A stretch of DNA of 64,000 nt from the NCBI GenBank assembly GCA_965204535.1, contig OZ241996.1, forward strand, positions 1,529,654-1,593,653, given 5' to 3'. Under the pieces are notes generated by a model. The model saw nothing but the letters and a program-made list of their open reading frames with translations, searched no databases and had not been told where the DNA came from. Source of the stretch: a bacterium. GTDB lineage: Bacteria; UBA8248. The position numbers were made by a program, and so were the translations under genes. Positions 9,356-19,623 of this stretch are shown here, in pieces. Position 1 is the first letter of the stretch; each line of letters starts with the position of its first letter.

Positions 9356-10105
9356 ATGCGTTTCGAGAACAAAACCATCATCGTCACGGGCGCGGGCGCA
9401 GGCATCGGCCAGGCGAGTGCGCTGAGATTGGCGAGCGAGGGCGCGCACGTCGTCTGCATGGACATCGCCGAATCGCGCGAGGAAACGGCGAGGCTCATCC
9501 GCGAAGACGACGTCGGCGATGCGAGCACCGTGGCATACGACGCACTCGACTCGGAGAACGTAAAAAAGGTTTTCGGGGATACGATTTCAGCGCACGGGCG
9601 CATCGACGGCCTCATTAACTGCGTCGGCGCGGGCCTTCCGCGTAGGGCGCTGGAAATCGACGAAGAAGCCTTCGACAAGATGTTCGACATGAACGTGAAA
9701 ACGACTTACCGGGCCTGCTGGGCGGTGCTGCCCCACATGAAGGAGAAAAAAAGCGGCAAGATCGTCAATTTCTCCTCCGTCGCGGGCCGCTCGGCCAGCG
9801 TTCTCCAGGGGCCGCACTATTCGAGTTCCAAGGCCGCCGTCATCGGCCTTACGCGACACCTGGCGCGGGAGTTCGGCCCGGACAACATCAACGTGAACGC
9901 CGTCGCACCCGGCGTCATCGGAACCGGGCGCATCCTCGCGCAGATGAGCGATGAGCAGCGAAAAAGGACCGAAGCCGCCACGCCCGTAGGGCGCATCGGC
10001 GCGCCCGAGGACATCGCGGGCGTCGTCGCCTTCCTCGCTTCAGAAGACGCGCGCCACGTCACCGGCGTCACCATCGACGTGAACGGGGGATTCTTTCTGG
10101 CCTAG
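9356..10105 (+). CDS. SDR family oxidoreductase
   Basis: TGAGAGIG, YSSSK, NAVAPG. ATG 9356 is preceded by AAGGAGG. Confidence 0.9.
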   Translation: MRFENKTIIVTGAGAGIGQASALRLASEGAHVVCMDIAESREETARLIREDDVGDASTVAYDALDSENVKKVFGDTISAHGRIDGLINCVGAGLPRRALEIDEEAFDKMFDMNVKTTYRACWAVLPHMKEKKSGKIVNFSSVAGRSASVLQGPHYSSSKAAVIGLTRHLAREFGPDNINVNAVAPGVIGTGRILAQMSDEQRKRTEAATPVGRIGAPEDIAGVVAFLASEDARHVTGVTIDVNGGFFLA

Positions 10106-10133
10106 TTGGCAGAGATTTTCTCAGGCGACATGG

Positions 10134-10820
10134 GGGGTTGTTGTATAAGCCCCCCTGAGAAGGGCCTGTTGAAAAAACCACTGAGAGGGTAATAGTAACC
10201 CCTTGAAAGGGAAATCCCTTAAAACCAACCCCCCCTACCCCCCCTTGTCAGGGGGCAAGAAAAAGCAAAACCCCCTCAACCCTGCGAAGGCGCATCGCCT
10301 TTTTATACCCCCCTGACAAGGGGGGGTAGGGGGGGTTGCCTTTCCATCCGTGAGGGGCTTCTTCGCTACCTCTGAAAATGGGTTCTTCCCCCGAATCGAG
10401 ATTATTCACCGTCATTCCGGCGAAAGCCGGAATCCATTTTGACTTTTCACCGGACAGGGCGGCACGACCTTGTCGTTGCGCGGCGTCTGGATGCGGAATC
10501 CAGAGAATTCGCCTTTCATTTTTATGTTCGATTCCGATCCTCCCCGTCCGGAAGTAAAAACGTCCGACCGAGAAAGCGAAAAGGCAAAGGCGAAAATGGA
10601 TTCCGGCTCAAGGCCGGAATGACGATCAAAACCAAAAGGCGGGCGGACGCCGCGGTTGCGAAATGACGGCGTCGTGCGGCTTCCGTATTGCCCGTAGGGA
10701 CAGGCCTCCGTGCCTGTTCCGATACCCCGACAAAGGACAACCACGGAGGGCAGGACAACCCCGAGGAGGGGTTGTCCCTACAGATCGAACCGGCCAATGA
10801 GGGCCTCTTCCAACAACCCC
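10134..10820. repeat. Composite repeat nest: MITE copy, GTCATTCCGG-type palindrome pair and GTAG-REP pair
   Basis: Outer IR GGGGTTGTTG (10134) / CAACAACCCC (10811-10820). MITE from 10162 with internal IRs at 10226-10255 and 10308-10338, matching the reverse complement of 50022-50239. GTCATTCCGGCGAAAGCCGGAATCC (10411-10435) faces GGATTCCGGCTCAAGGCCGGAATGAC (ending 10623). REP pair at 10694-10781. Confidence 0.8.
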
Positions 10821-10825
10821 AAGCC

Positions 10826-12976
10826 CTACCCCTCGGCAGATTCCGCCTCCACCGGCGCAGCGGTCACGAAATCCTTCGGCCGCATCAATTGCATGACGAT
10901 TGAGACGATCATCAGGGCAAGCCCCGTCGTCTTGTACCACATGCCGTTCCAGAACAGGGCGCAACCGGCAGCACCCATCAGGCATCGGTCGAACGTCGTC
11001 AGGATGCGCAGGAAATAGCCTTCCAGGGCCGCCGAGGTGCATATGAAGCCCAGGGCCGCGCTCGCCCAGACCAGGATGACCTGATCCCAGGGGCCGTTGA
11101 TGAGAATCGGCGTGTAGGCCATCAGGAGCGGCACGACGTAGAGCGGCTTCGCCAGCTTGAGCGATATGAAGCCCGTGCGCATGGGGTCGCACTGCGCGAC
11201 GCCCGCCGCCACGAACGCGCCCAGGGCGAAGGGCGGCGTGAGGGCCGCGTCCTGGCTCAGCCACAGGATGATCATGTGCGCGGTGAACATCGAGAGGCCG
11301 AAGTCCATGAGCGCGGGGCCTGCGAGGATGGCGATGAGGATGTAGCTCGCCGTGATCGTCATGCCCATGCCCAGGATGTAGCTGGCGAGCGCCACCAGGG
11401 CCACGGCCAGCCAGAGCATGTTGTTCGAATAGGAAAGAATGATGGCCGTCATCTTCTGCGCCAGATCGGGATGCGTGACGCCGGTCAGCACCAGGCCCAT
11501 GACGCCCGCCGTCGCGCCGATGACGAGTGAATTTACCGATCCCGTGACGAACGCGTCGCCGATTTCGGACATGATGCGCCGCGCCTCTTGGTGCCGCCAC
11601 GACAGGAAGCAGCCGATCAGCACGTAGAGGTACACCGCGTCGCCGCCGTAGAGGATGCTGGCGACGAAAACGGCCGCCTGCACGCCCAGCAGGTACCAGC
11701 ACTTCTGCTTGAACGTGCTCACCACCACCGAGGCGACGATGGCCCAGAAGCCCGCGAAAAACGGCGAGAACTGGAGAATGAGGAGCATGATGAGCAGCAC
11801 GATGGGGAGGAGCAGTATCCCGTCTTTTTTCATCACGCCCCAGAAATCGGGCAGCTCTTCTTTCGAGAGGCCTTGCAGGTTGTTCTTGCTCGCGTAGTAG
11901 TGAACCGACATGAAGACGGAAAGATAATAGAGCAGCGCGGGCACGAGGCTCACGAGCGCGACCTTGTAGTAGGGCGTCTCGGTCATCGCCGCGAGGATGA
12001 AGGCGGCCGACGCCATGATGGGCGGCATCAGGTGGCCGCCGATGCTGGCCACCGCCTCGGTCGCCGCGGCGTAGGTGGCCCGGAAACCCCCGCGCTTCAT
12101 GAGGGGAATCGTGAAGGTCCCGGTGATGACGATGTTCGCCGCCCCGCTGCCCACGATGGAGCCGACGAGGCCGCTCGACACGACAGCCGCCTTCGCCGCA
12201 CCGCCCTTGAAGCGGCCCACGAGCGCGAAGGCGAGATCGACGAACACGTCCCCCACCCGCGTGGCCTGGAGCAGCGCCCCGAATATCAGGAAGATGAAAA
12301 CCACCTGCGCGTAGACGCGGGTGATGACCCCGTAGATGCCCGACTGGCTGTAGAGATAGCCCATCACGTAGCCGAACTCCGCGCCCTTGTGCGACAAGAG
12401 ACCGGGGAATATCGGCCCCGCCCAGTCGTAGAACAGGAATACGATGGCGACGATGGGCAAGACGAGACCGAGCACGCGGCGGCACGTCTCCCAGACGAGG
12501 CATGCGGCGGCGAAGCCGAACACCACGTCGTTCCACTCCACGATGCCCGCCCTGGCGCCGCGGTCGTCGTAGTAATACATGAACTCGCACATCACGACGA
12601 AACTCAGTATGCACCAGAGCACGTCGAAACCCGAGGGCCTGTCTTTCGGTGAATTCTCCCTGCATGGATAGAGCATAAAGGTGAGAACGGACGTAAGGCA
12701 GATGAATATGGGCAGGGAGAACTGTTCCCCGTAATACGGGATGTAGGGAAATTCGAGCAGTGCCAGTTTCATGCTTCTGGGGCCGAAGACGGTGAAGCTC
12801 CCGTTCACCGCGCCGAAGAGAAAATATGCGGCGAAGATGAAGCCCACCACGCGCAGCGCCCAGAGAGAGTGGCCGCTCAGCGTCCTCGTCTTGGCGAGGC
12901 CTGCCCCGAGGAAGCTGCCGATTTTTTCAAGGACGCTGCGAAAACTCAATCTATGTTCCCCCGAGGGAAGTACCAC
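10826..12976 (-). CDS. TAXI-type TRAP transporter fused 4TM/12TM permease
   Basis: Highly hydrophobic; 'GGAAKAAVVSS', 'TGTFTIPLMKR', 'GGHLMPPIMAS', 'LGMGM', 'TPPFAL'. Confidence 0.92.
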   Translation of the reverse strand: MVLPSGEHRLSFRSVLEKIGSFLGAGLAKTRTLSGHSLWALRVVGFIFAAYFLFGAVNGSFTVFGPRSMKLALLEFPYIPYYGEQFSLPIFICLTSVLTFMLYPCRENSPKDRPSGFDVLWCILSFVVMCEFMYYYDDRGARAGIVEWNDVVFGFAAACLVWETCRRVLGLVLPIVAIVFLFYDWAGPIFPGLLSHKGAEFGYVMGYLYSQSGIYGVITRVYAQVVFIFLIFGALLQATRVGDVFVDLAFALVGRFKGGAAKAAVVSSGLVGSIVGSGAANIVITGTFTIPLMKRGGFRATYAAATEAVASIGGHLMPPIMASAAFILAAMTETPYYKVALVSLVPALLYYLSVFMSVHYYASKNNLQGLSKEELPDFWGVMKKDGILLLPIVLLIMLLILQFSPFFAGFWAIVASVVVSTFKQKCWYLLGVQAAVFVASILYGGDAVYLYVLIGCFLSWRHQEARRIMSEIGDAFVTGSVNSLVIGATAGVMGLVLTGVTHPDLAQKMTAIILSYSNNMLWLAVALVALASYILGMGMTITASYILIAILAGPALMDFGLSMFTAHMIILWLSQDAALTPPFALGAFVAAGVAQCDPMRTGFISLKLAKPLYVVPLLMAYTPILINGPWDQVILVWASAALGFICTSAALEGYFLRILTTFDRCLMGAAGCALFWNGMWYKTTGLALMIVSIVMQLMRPKDFVTAAPVEAESAEG

Positions 12977-13024
12977 GTTTCCGGCGAAGCATCCTCAACA
13001 AGAACGGATGCTTCGCTTGAACAT

Positions 13025-13058
13025 ACCGGCCGGGAGGAGAGCAAGCCTCCCGGCCGGT
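13025..13058 (-). other. Intercistronic stem-loop between the TAXI binding protein and permease genes
   Basis: 13-bp perfect stem ACCGGCCGGGAGG/CCTCCCGGCCGGT; typical of an mRNA-stabilising hairpin after a binding-protein gene. Confidence 0.6.
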
Positions 13059-13079
13059 GAAGACGCCTGGTTCTTTTTA

Positions 13080-14057
13080 CTAATTCGGCAGTTTGTAGCC
13101 GACTTCTTTCCAGTAACGCTCTGCGCCCGGATGCGCTTTCAGGTTGATGGCGGCCATCCCTTTCAGGTCCGGGGCCGTCACGAAGCCCGAAGCCCAGCCC
13201 TTGTGCACCTTGAGCAGGAACTCGCGGCCCTTCTTCGAGAAGTTGATGCGCGCCACTTCATACACCACGTCGTTGGGCACGTTGCAGCCCACGATGGTCC
13301 ACGCGGCGTAGCCGATGGTGGGCACCGGCTTGTCGACGCCGTTGTAGGCATTCTTGACGATGGTGGTATTGAAATAGGCCTTGTTCGACTTGAGGAGGCC
13401 GTCGCCCACTTTCCCGTCCACAGGTACGAGGGTGATGGGAAGCGAGGTCGCCAGCTTCAGGACGGCCGGAGAGGGAACCGGGTTCGGGATGGTGAATGCG
13501 TCGAGGCGGCCGTCTTTGACGGCATCGGCCGCCACGTTCCAGTTCAGGTTCTCCTCGCGCACCTTGATGCCGGCGAGCGCCACGATGGTTCGCGTCATGA
13601 AGTGGGTGCTGCTGCCCCGGCGCGCGAAGCTTACGCGTTTGCCGTTCAGGTCGGCGACCGTCTTGATGCCCGAGTCCTTCCGAACGGCGATGTGGAACTG
13701 CGAAACCGTGCCGGGTCCGAAGCCGCACACGTTCTTGTAGGGCTTCTTGAACATCTTCTTGCCCTTGAGCGCCAAATCCACGAGCGTGGCGACGCCCAGA
13801 GCGAACTCGGCCTTGCCGTTTTCGACCAGACGGATGTCTTCCACCGCGCCGCGCGTGGTGAGGTTGTTCATCTCGACGGTCTTCGATTCCTTGGACACCA
13901 GAGCCGCGAGACCGCCCCAGATCACGTAGGCGGCGGCGCCGGGCCCGGCGCTGGCGACCGAGGTCTTGATGCGGGCGGCTTCGGCGCTCGAAAACGACAG
14001 GCCGACCGCCAGCGTGAAAGCGACTGCTGCAATCGCAGCGTTTTTCAGGTACTTCAT
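13080..14057 (-). CDS. TAXI family TRAP solute-binding subunit
   Basis: Signal peptide MKYLKN...AEA, 'TTRGAVED', 'DLNGKRVS', 'HPGAERYW'. ATG 14057 has an AAGGAGG RBS. Confidence 0.92.
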   Translation of the reverse strand: MKYLKNAAIAAVAFTLAVGLSFSSAEAARIKTSVASAGPGAAAYVIWGGLAALVSKESKTVEMNNLTTRGAVEDIRLVENGKAEFALGVATLVDLALKGKKMFKKPYKNVCGFGPGTVSQFHIAVRKDSGIKTVADLNGKRVSFARRGSSTHFMTRTIVALAGIKVREENLNWNVAADAVKDGRLDAFTIPNPVPSPAVLKLATSLPITLVPVDGKVGDGLLKSNKAYFNTTIVKNAYNGVDKPVPTIGYAAWTIVGCNVPNDVVYEVARINFSKKGREFLLKVHKGWASGFVTAPDLKGMAAINLKAHPGAERYWKEVGYKLPN

Positions 14058-14129
14058 CTGTTTCTCCTCCTTGGTGAATAGTGATGCCACGAAAAAACGA
14101 TTCCCGGAATGCTTACCCAAATACGAGAA

Positions 14130-14618
14130 TCAGGAACTCTCCTCTTCTTCGCGAAACGTGTCGATATCGCAATAGAGCTCGATGTAGTTTCCGTCCGGGT
14201 CGCAGAAATAAAAAGCGCGGTTTCCGCTGCCCGCCTCGAACCCGTCTCCCTCGGGGCCGTGCACCAGAGGGCCGTATTCGATCCTGACGCCGCACTCTTT
14301 CACGTGCCGAAGCGCCTTGAGCCACTCTCCCCGGTCCGGCAACTCGAAAGCGACGTGCTGAAACCCCGGTTTGGCCTCCGCCATGGAATTGCCCGATTCG
14401 GGATACAGCCCCGGGGCATCCTCCGGGACCTGGAAGAATACGACCTCATGATGGGTGACGTCGCATCTTAAAAATACGGAAGCCCCGCCCGGCACCTTCG
14501 CGCCCGGCCCGCTCCTGCTCGTTACCTGGAAGCCCAGCACGCGCGTGTAGAAATCCTCCATCCGGTCCAGGTCTTTGGTCCAGAACCCGACGTGCCCTAT
14601 TTTCGTCGTCTTGAACAT
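14130..14618 (-). CDS. VOC (glyoxalase/extradiol dioxygenase-like) family protein
   Basis: 'IGHVG', 'FYTRVLG', 'HH', 'HVAFE', 'YFCDPDGNYIEL'. Confidence 0.85.
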   Translation of the reverse strand: MFKTTKIGHVGFWTKDLDRMEDFYTRVLGFQVTSRSGPGAKVPGGASVFLRCDVTHHEVVFFQVPEDAPGLYPESGNSMAEAKPGFQHVAFELPDRGEWLKALRHVKECGVRIEYGPLVHGPEGDGFEAGSGNRAFYFCDPDGNYIELYCDIDTFREEEESS

Positions 14619-14816
14619 AAAAACCGGTTCACCATCGGCAGAGGCGTTGGAGGGAAAATGAATGGAATAGTCCCGCCTTCTCGTCCTCGCAACCACCCCT
14701 TGAATTAAAATTCCCGTATGACGAAACCTTAAACCATACCGCAGGACAAAAAGCAAGAAACCTCACGGCCTTGCGGTGAAAAACAAAGCCTGTCACGCGA
14801 TAGCGGCGAGGACGGC

Positions 14817-16181
14817 TCAGTTTCCCGTTTCGACATCCGGAAACTCTGTGACCCAGCCCAGTTCCGCCTCGCACCAGCGGGCGGCGGAGAGTAGCGCGGC
14901 CTCCCCGAAGCGGCGTCCGCCCAGTTGAATCCCGATGGGCAGATTCTCATCCCCACGGCCTACCGGAAGGCTGATGGCCGGAAACCCGATTTGCGTGAAC
15001 GGCTCGTTGAACAGGGCGTTTCCGGTGGATTCCTCGGCGATGGGGGGACGCTCCACGTGGGAGGGCAGGATGACGAGGTCGTAGTTCTCGAAGAAATCCG
15101 CCATCCGCTGGATGAAGCGCGCGCGAAAGCGCAGGGCGTTCACGTAGTGAACCGCAGGCGTCATGAGGCCCGTCGAGATGTTTTTCCGAATCTGGGAAGC
15201 ATAGGCGTCCTGGTTCTCCAGGAACATCGCCTCGTGATAGGCGGCCGCCTCCACGCGCATGATGATGCGGTGCGCCGCGTGCATCTCGTCCACGTCCACC
15301 GGCAGCTTCGCCTCCTCCACGTCCACACCCTTGGCTTTCAAGCCAGCGACGCATTCCTCCATTCGCTCGGCCACCTCTTCGCTCGCGTGGGGGAGGAGAT
15401 CCTCCTTCCAGAAACAAGCGCGTTCCGGCTTCACCGGCGAGGAGGCTTCGGCGTAATCAGGCACGTTGACGTCGGGCGCCTGCGCGTCTATACCGTCCGC
15501 TCCCGCAATGGCCGTGAGCACGCGCGCCGCATCCTCGGAACACCGGGTGATGACGCCCACGTGGTCCAGATTCCACGACACCGTAATCAGTCCGCTCCTT
15601 GGGATACGACCGTAGGTGGGTTTCAAGCCCACCACGCCGCAAAACGCGGCAGGCCGCAGGGTCGAGCCGCCCGTCTGGCTCCCCAGGGCCGCCGGGACCA
15701 TCCCGACGGCCACCGCCGCCGCGGAGCCGCTGCTCGAACCTCCCGGACTACGCTTCAGGTTCCACGGATTCCGCGTTTCCGAGGGGTCGGAGGTGGCGAA
15801 CTGCGTGGTGACCGTCTTGCCGAGACAGATTGCGCCCGCATTTTTCAGGCGCGTCGTGACGGTGGCGTCCTCATCCGCTATTTCGCCTTTCAACAGCGGC
15901 GAGTTCGCCTCGCGCGGCAGGCCGGCGACGTCGACGATGTCCTTGTAGCCGATGGCGACGCCCCCGAGCGGCCCGTTCCCCTCACCGTTCGCGAGGCGCT
16001 CATCAACCGCCTTCGCTTCGGCGAGCGCGCCCTCCCCCTCCACGTGCGCCCACGCCAGGATTTTACCCTCCAGCGCGTCGATCCGCTCCAGCAAGGAGCG
16101 CGTCCATTCGGAAGCGGACAAACCGCCTTCCGCGATATTCCTCAATCCATCCGAGAGGCTCAAACACCAAGGTTCATTCAT
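14817..16181 (-). CDS. Amidase signature family protein
   Basis: 'KDI', 'GKT', 'NPWN..RSPGGSSSGSAAAVA', 'GSQTGGSTLRPAAFCGVVGLKPT'. Confidence 0.93.
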   Translation of the reverse strand: MNEPWCLSLSDGLRNIAEGGLSASEWTRSLLERIDALEGKILAWAHVEGEGALAEAKAVDERLANGEGNGPLGGVAIGYKDIVDVAGLPREANSPLLKGEIADEDATVTTRLKNAGAICLGKTVTTQFATSDPSETRNPWNLKRSPGGSSSGSAAAVAVGMVPAALGSQTGGSTLRPAAFCGVVGLKPTYGRIPRSGLITVSWNLDHVGVITRCSEDAARVLTAIAGADGIDAQAPDVNVPDYAEASSPVKPERACFWKEDLLPHASEEVAERMEECVAGLKAKGVDVEEAKLPVDVDEMHAAHRIIMRVEAAAYHEAMFLENQDAYASQIRKNISTGLMTPAVHYVNALRFRARFIQRMADFFENYDLVILPSHVERPPIAEESTGNALFNEPFTQIGFPAISLPVGRGDENLPIGIQLGGRRFGEAALLSAARWCEAELGWVTEFPDVETGN

Positions 16182-16217
16182 TTTTCACTCCCCTGCTTTC
16201 GTATCGTCCGTCATGAT

Positions 16218-16391
16218 TCATTTATCGAGTTCTTCCAGCTTCTCAAGTATGTCGAGCAGATGGGGCTTTCCCCCCGCCGGCGGCCGCCAGCGCACGTGCG
16301 TCACGGCCACATTCTGGTCTCTCAACTCTTCCGCGAATATCTCAAGGCCCAGATTCACGACCCGAAGCGGTTTCCGGCGCAAGTCTTTCAT
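16218..16391 (-). CDS. Small stand-alone FdrA C-terminal-domain protein (57 aa; not in the ORF track)
   Basis: MKDLRRKPLRVVNLGLEIFAEELRDQNVAVTHVRWRPPAGG... matches the 'VINIGL..F...L......V.WxPPAGG' tail of FdrA/YahF proteins. Starts 3 nt after the fdrA stop. Confidence 0.8.
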   Translation of the reverse strand: MKDLRRKPLRVVNLGLEIFAEELRDQNVAVTHVRWRPPAGGKPHLLDILEKLEELDK

Positions 16392-16394
16392 GGC

Positions 16395-17873
16395 TCACCC
16401 GACACCCAGCAGTTCCGGTTTCACCAGCACGGCGGCAAATCGCGCCGCCTGCGCGTTCGAGGGAAGAACCATTACGCCCGCTTCCTCTAAAATACCAACC
16501 TGCTCGTCCAGGCATTGCGGGTCGTCCGCCGTCCCCACCACGGAGGCGACGAACAGCGGACTCTTGTCTTTGCCTCTGGCCTCTTTTACCGCCCGCGCCA
16601 GCGGGCCCGCCGGGTCCTGTGCGCTCCCTCTGCCCAGCACCAAATCAAGCAAGACCACGCCGAAGCCTTCTGCCTCCAGGATCGCCTCCGCGCGGGATTC
16701 CGGGTCGACCATGGGATGAGGCTTGCCGACCGTATAGCGATCATCGCCCAGGTCGAGAATCCGGTGGCGACCCGCATCCTCGTTCCAGGACACGCCGCCG
16801 AGCAGGGATTCGAGAATAAGACGGCTCTCATGGGCGAGCGTGCCGCCCGAGAACAGCCCGAGGATGCCACCCTCCTGCGGCTTTAATGAGTCGATTTTCT
16901 CCTTGATCCCCGCTTCCGCGAAGAAATTTTCAGGCTCGTAGCTCTCTCCCCTCAGGGTCGCCGCCACGGCGTGGCCCGCATCTTCCAGAGTCTCCGCCCA
17001 GCCCGGTTTTTCCGCGCCCAGAAAGCACACGACGTGCGGCTTGTTGAAATTTTCGAGCGCCTCTTCGATTCCAGGCAGCACCTCCGGGTCAGGCGGTTTT
17101 GATATGAGCGCCACGATTTCCGTTTCCGGATCGTCCGACAGGAAGTCGAGCGCATGGAGCGTCATCAGCCCGCCGACTTCTGCGGATAAATCGCGTCCGC
17201 CCACCCCGATTCCGTGGGAAATCCCTTCGCCCAAGGCGTCGAGTTGCGAAGCCACGGCTTGCAAGCCGGTGCCCGATGCGGCGATGCAGCCCACCCGCCC
17301 CGGCTTCACGGCGTTGGCGAAGCCGAGTCCGGTTCCTGCGATGTAAGCCGTTCCGCAGTCTGGGCCCATCAGGAGCAAATCGCGCTCTATGGCCTCTCGC
17401 TTGAGCGCCACTTCGTCATCCACGGACACGTTGTCGCTGAACAAGAACACGTGGAGCCCGGCCCGCAGGGCGTCCATGGCTTCTTTTGCGGCATAGGCGC
17501 CGGGTATGGAGATAATCGCCAGGCTGGATTCGGGCGCTGCGGCGAGCGCGCCCGCCAGACTCGACGGCGAAAAATCACTCGCGCCGCCATCCCCGACCCG
17601 CGCTTGCTTGAGAAAGGCTTTCGCCTCCTCGATCGCCTCGAATGCCAGCGCTTGCGAATCCGCCTCCACGGCCAGCACCAGATCGTTCGGCCCGGCCTCG
17701 ACCTCGTTCTCTTCGGCCAGTCCCGCCTGAAGCATGATCTCCTGATTCGCGGGCGTGCCCATGAGCGCCGCGACTTCCGAGACGCCCGGTTTCCTGCGAA
17801 TCTCGCGCGCCAGGCGCATGAGCTTTACGGAATCCTGATAAAACGAAGGCAGTACGGCCCTTGCGAGCGGCAA
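16395..17873 (-). CDS. fdrA: FdrA/YahF-like acyl-CoA synthetase family protein
   Basis: 'YQDSVKLM', 'MGTPAN', 'FLFSDNV', 'MGPDCGT', 'ASGTGLQ', 'GVGGRD', 'FSGGTL', 'DLGDDRYTVGKPHPMVDP'. Confidence 0.88.
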   Translation of the reverse strand: MPLARAVLPSFYQDSVKLMRLAREIRRKPGVSEVAALMGTPANQEIMLQAGLAEENEVEAGPNDLVLAVEADSQALAFEAIEEAKAFLKQARVGDGGASDFSPSSLAGALAAAPESSLAIISIPGAYAAKEAMDALRAGLHVFLFSDNVSVDDEVALKREAIERDLLLMGPDCGTAYIAGTGLGFANAVKPGRVGCIAASGTGLQAVASQLDALGEGISHGIGVGGRDLSAEVGGLMTLHALDFLSDDPETEIVALISKPPDPEVLPGIEEALENFNKPHVVCFLGAEKPGWAETLEDAGHAVAATLRGESYEPENFFAEAGIKEKIDSLKPQEGGILGLFSGGTLAHESRLILESLLGGVSWNEDAGRHRILDLGDDRYTVGKPHPMVDPESRAEAILEAEGFGVVLLDLVLGRGSAQDPAGPLARAVKEARGKDKSPLFVASVVGTADDPQCLDEQVGILEEAGVMVLPSNAQAARFAAVLVKPELLGVG

Positions 17874-17874
17874 T

Positions 17875-18060
17875 TTATTTCGTTTCTTCGGCGGGTGGAG
17901 TGAAAGGCTCCAGCGTTTTCTCGAGTGAGGCGGACGACAGCGTCTGCATCATCTCCGCCACCTCATCGGCGAATCCGGCGATGCGTTCTTCATCTTCCAA
18001 GCCGAAGACTTCCCGCCCCACCCTCACGAGTTGCGCGGCGACCTCTGCTTTCTCGTTCAT
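17875..18060 (-). CDS. Small acidic protein, possibly a GatC/AtzG-like amidase partner
   Basis: 61 aa, overlaps the ubiX stop (ATGA) and abuts fdrA. Helix-helix followed by an 'L..EPF.P' tail. Confidence 0.6.
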   Translation of the reverse strand: MNEKAEVAAQLVRVGREVFGLEDEERIAGFADEVAEMMQTLSSASLEKTLEPFTPPAEETK

Positions 18061-18671
18061 TCGCTCGTTTCTCCCTCAGTTCTCGACGATAAAGTCTTTC
18101 GCTCCGGGTGCTGGCCCCGCCATCTCTCGAAGAGGTTTTGCTCCAGCCCCAGGCACGTGAGCGTCTTGCCCACCACGTGATCGATCAAGTCCTCCATCGT
18201 CTGCGGCTTGAAGTAGAATCCCGGCGACGCAGGCAGGATGAATACGCCCATCAGCGCGAGTTTGTGCATGTTCTCCAGATGAACCGCCGAGAGCGGCATC
18301 TCGCGCGGCAGGAGAACGAGTTTTTTCTGCTCCTTGAGCATCACGTCCGCCGCGCGGCAGATGAGGTTCTCCCCCGTGCCGGTGGCTATCTGCCCGAGCG
18401 TCTTGAGCGAGCAGGGGGCTATCACCATCGCGTCGAAACCTGCGCTCCCGCTCGCGGGCCTTGCGCCGATGTCGCTTTCGGGGTGAACCACGCTCGCCCA
18501 GGAAGAGAGGCGGGCCAGGTCCACGTCCGTCTCGTAGGCCAGTACGCGTACGCCCGCCTTGGAGACGACGAGGTGCGTCTCCACTTCGGGATACGCGTCG
18601 TGCAAGACTTCCATGAGGCGCACGCCGTAAATCGAACCGGAAGCGCCCGTAACGCCCACCACCAGCTTCAT
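18057..18671 (-). CDS. ubiX: Flavin prenyltransferase UbiX
   Basis: 'GVTGASG', 'ASGS', 'IAPCS', 'RAADV.LKE', 'PREMP', 'PGFY'. Confidence 0.93.
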   Translation of the reverse strand: MKLVVGVTGASGSIYGVRLMEVLHDAYPEVETHLVVSKAGVRVLAYETDVDLARLSSWASVVHPESDIGARPASGSAGFDAMVIAPCSLKTLGQIATGTGENLICRAADVMLKEQKKLVLLPREMPLSAVHLENMHKLALMGVFILPASPGFYFKPQTMEDLIDHVVGKTLTCLGLEQNLFERWRGQHPERKTLSSRTEGETSE

Positions 18672-18696
18672 CGGAAAACTCCTGTTTCAAGCAAAC

Positions 18697-19587
18697 CTAC
18701 AAGCGCGTCTTCGCGATCTTCTCGTAATCACGATACAACAGGGTGAAATCTTTTTCGATCATCCCGCGTTTGACGGCCTTTTCCAGAAACGCGAGCGTGG
18801 CTTCCCCGTGTTCGGTATGCGCCCTGTGCTTCTCGCCCATCTTCACGGCCATGCCGACGTCTTTTATCATATTGTAGACGCGCGATTTGCCGTCCCACTT
18901 TTCGGACAGTATGTGATTCGGGAAGCGGAACTGGCTCGCGTAGCTCCGCGCGTTCGAGACGTTGAACACGTCGATCATGTCCCCGACCTTGAGGCCCACC
19001 CGCTCCGCGAGCTTTCCTCCCTCGCAGGTCGCCATGAAGATGGAGTGGCAGACCATGTTGTGAATCAACTTCATGGCGTGGCCCGCGCCGCTCTCGCCCA
19101 GATGGAAGAGGTTGTCCGCGATGGGAGCCAGGAATCGCTTCGTGCGGCGATACGCCCGCTCGTCCCCGCCTATCATGAGCGTGAGCGTTCCTGCGGCGGC
19201 GCCCGTCGCCCCTCCGCTCATGCCGGCGTCGAGAAACGCCACCCCCTTCGCCTTCGCGCGCCGGGCGATCTTCCGGCTCACGGCGGGGTCCGAACTCGTG
19301 AAGTCGTAGATCACGAGATTCTTTCGCGCGTTCGCCAGAACGCCTCCCCTTCCCTTGAGAGCTTCCTCGATTTCGGGCGAACCGGGCACCACGAAGATGA
19401 TAACGCTCGCCTGCCCGGCCATCTCGCCCGGCTCGAGAATTTCAACGCCCCGCTTCCTCTCCCACGGCTTTCGCGCCTCGGGGGCCACGTCCCACACCAT
19501 CAAGGGGATTTTCGCCTTGTGCAGATTCCCTGCGACGCCGCGCCCCATGTTCCCCAAACCGACCACGCCTACCTTCGCCTGCGCCAT
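18697..19587 (-). CDS. Beta-hydroxyacid (3-hydroxyisobutyrate-family) NAD(P)-dependent dehydrogenase
   Basis: 'GLGNMG', 'LDAGMSGG...A..GTLTLMIGG', catalytic Lys in 'AMKLIHN'. Confidence 0.88.
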   Translation of the reverse strand: MAQAKVGVVGLGNMGRGVAGNLHKAKIPLMVWDVAPEARKPWERKRGVEILEPGEMAGQASVIIFVVPGSPEIEEALKGRGGVLANARKNLVIYDFTSSDPAVSRKIARRAKAKGVAFLDAGMSGGATGAAAGTLTLMIGGDERAYRRTKRFLAPIADNLFHLGESGAGHAMKLIHNMVCHSIFMATCEGGKLAERVGLKVGDMIDVFNVSNARSYASQFRFPNHILSEKWDGKSRVYNMIKDVGMAVKMGEKHRAHTEHGEATLAFLEKAVKRGMIEKDFTLLYRDYEKIAKTRL

Positions 19588-19623
19588 ATCCTGGTTCCTC
19601 TCCTTCCCGTAGCGGCCCGCTCT

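Noticed and set aside
14817-16181. GatA of the Glu/Asp-tRNA amidotransferase
   Set aside because: No gatB nearby, the context is catabolic, and GatA-specific C-terminal motifs were not recognised.
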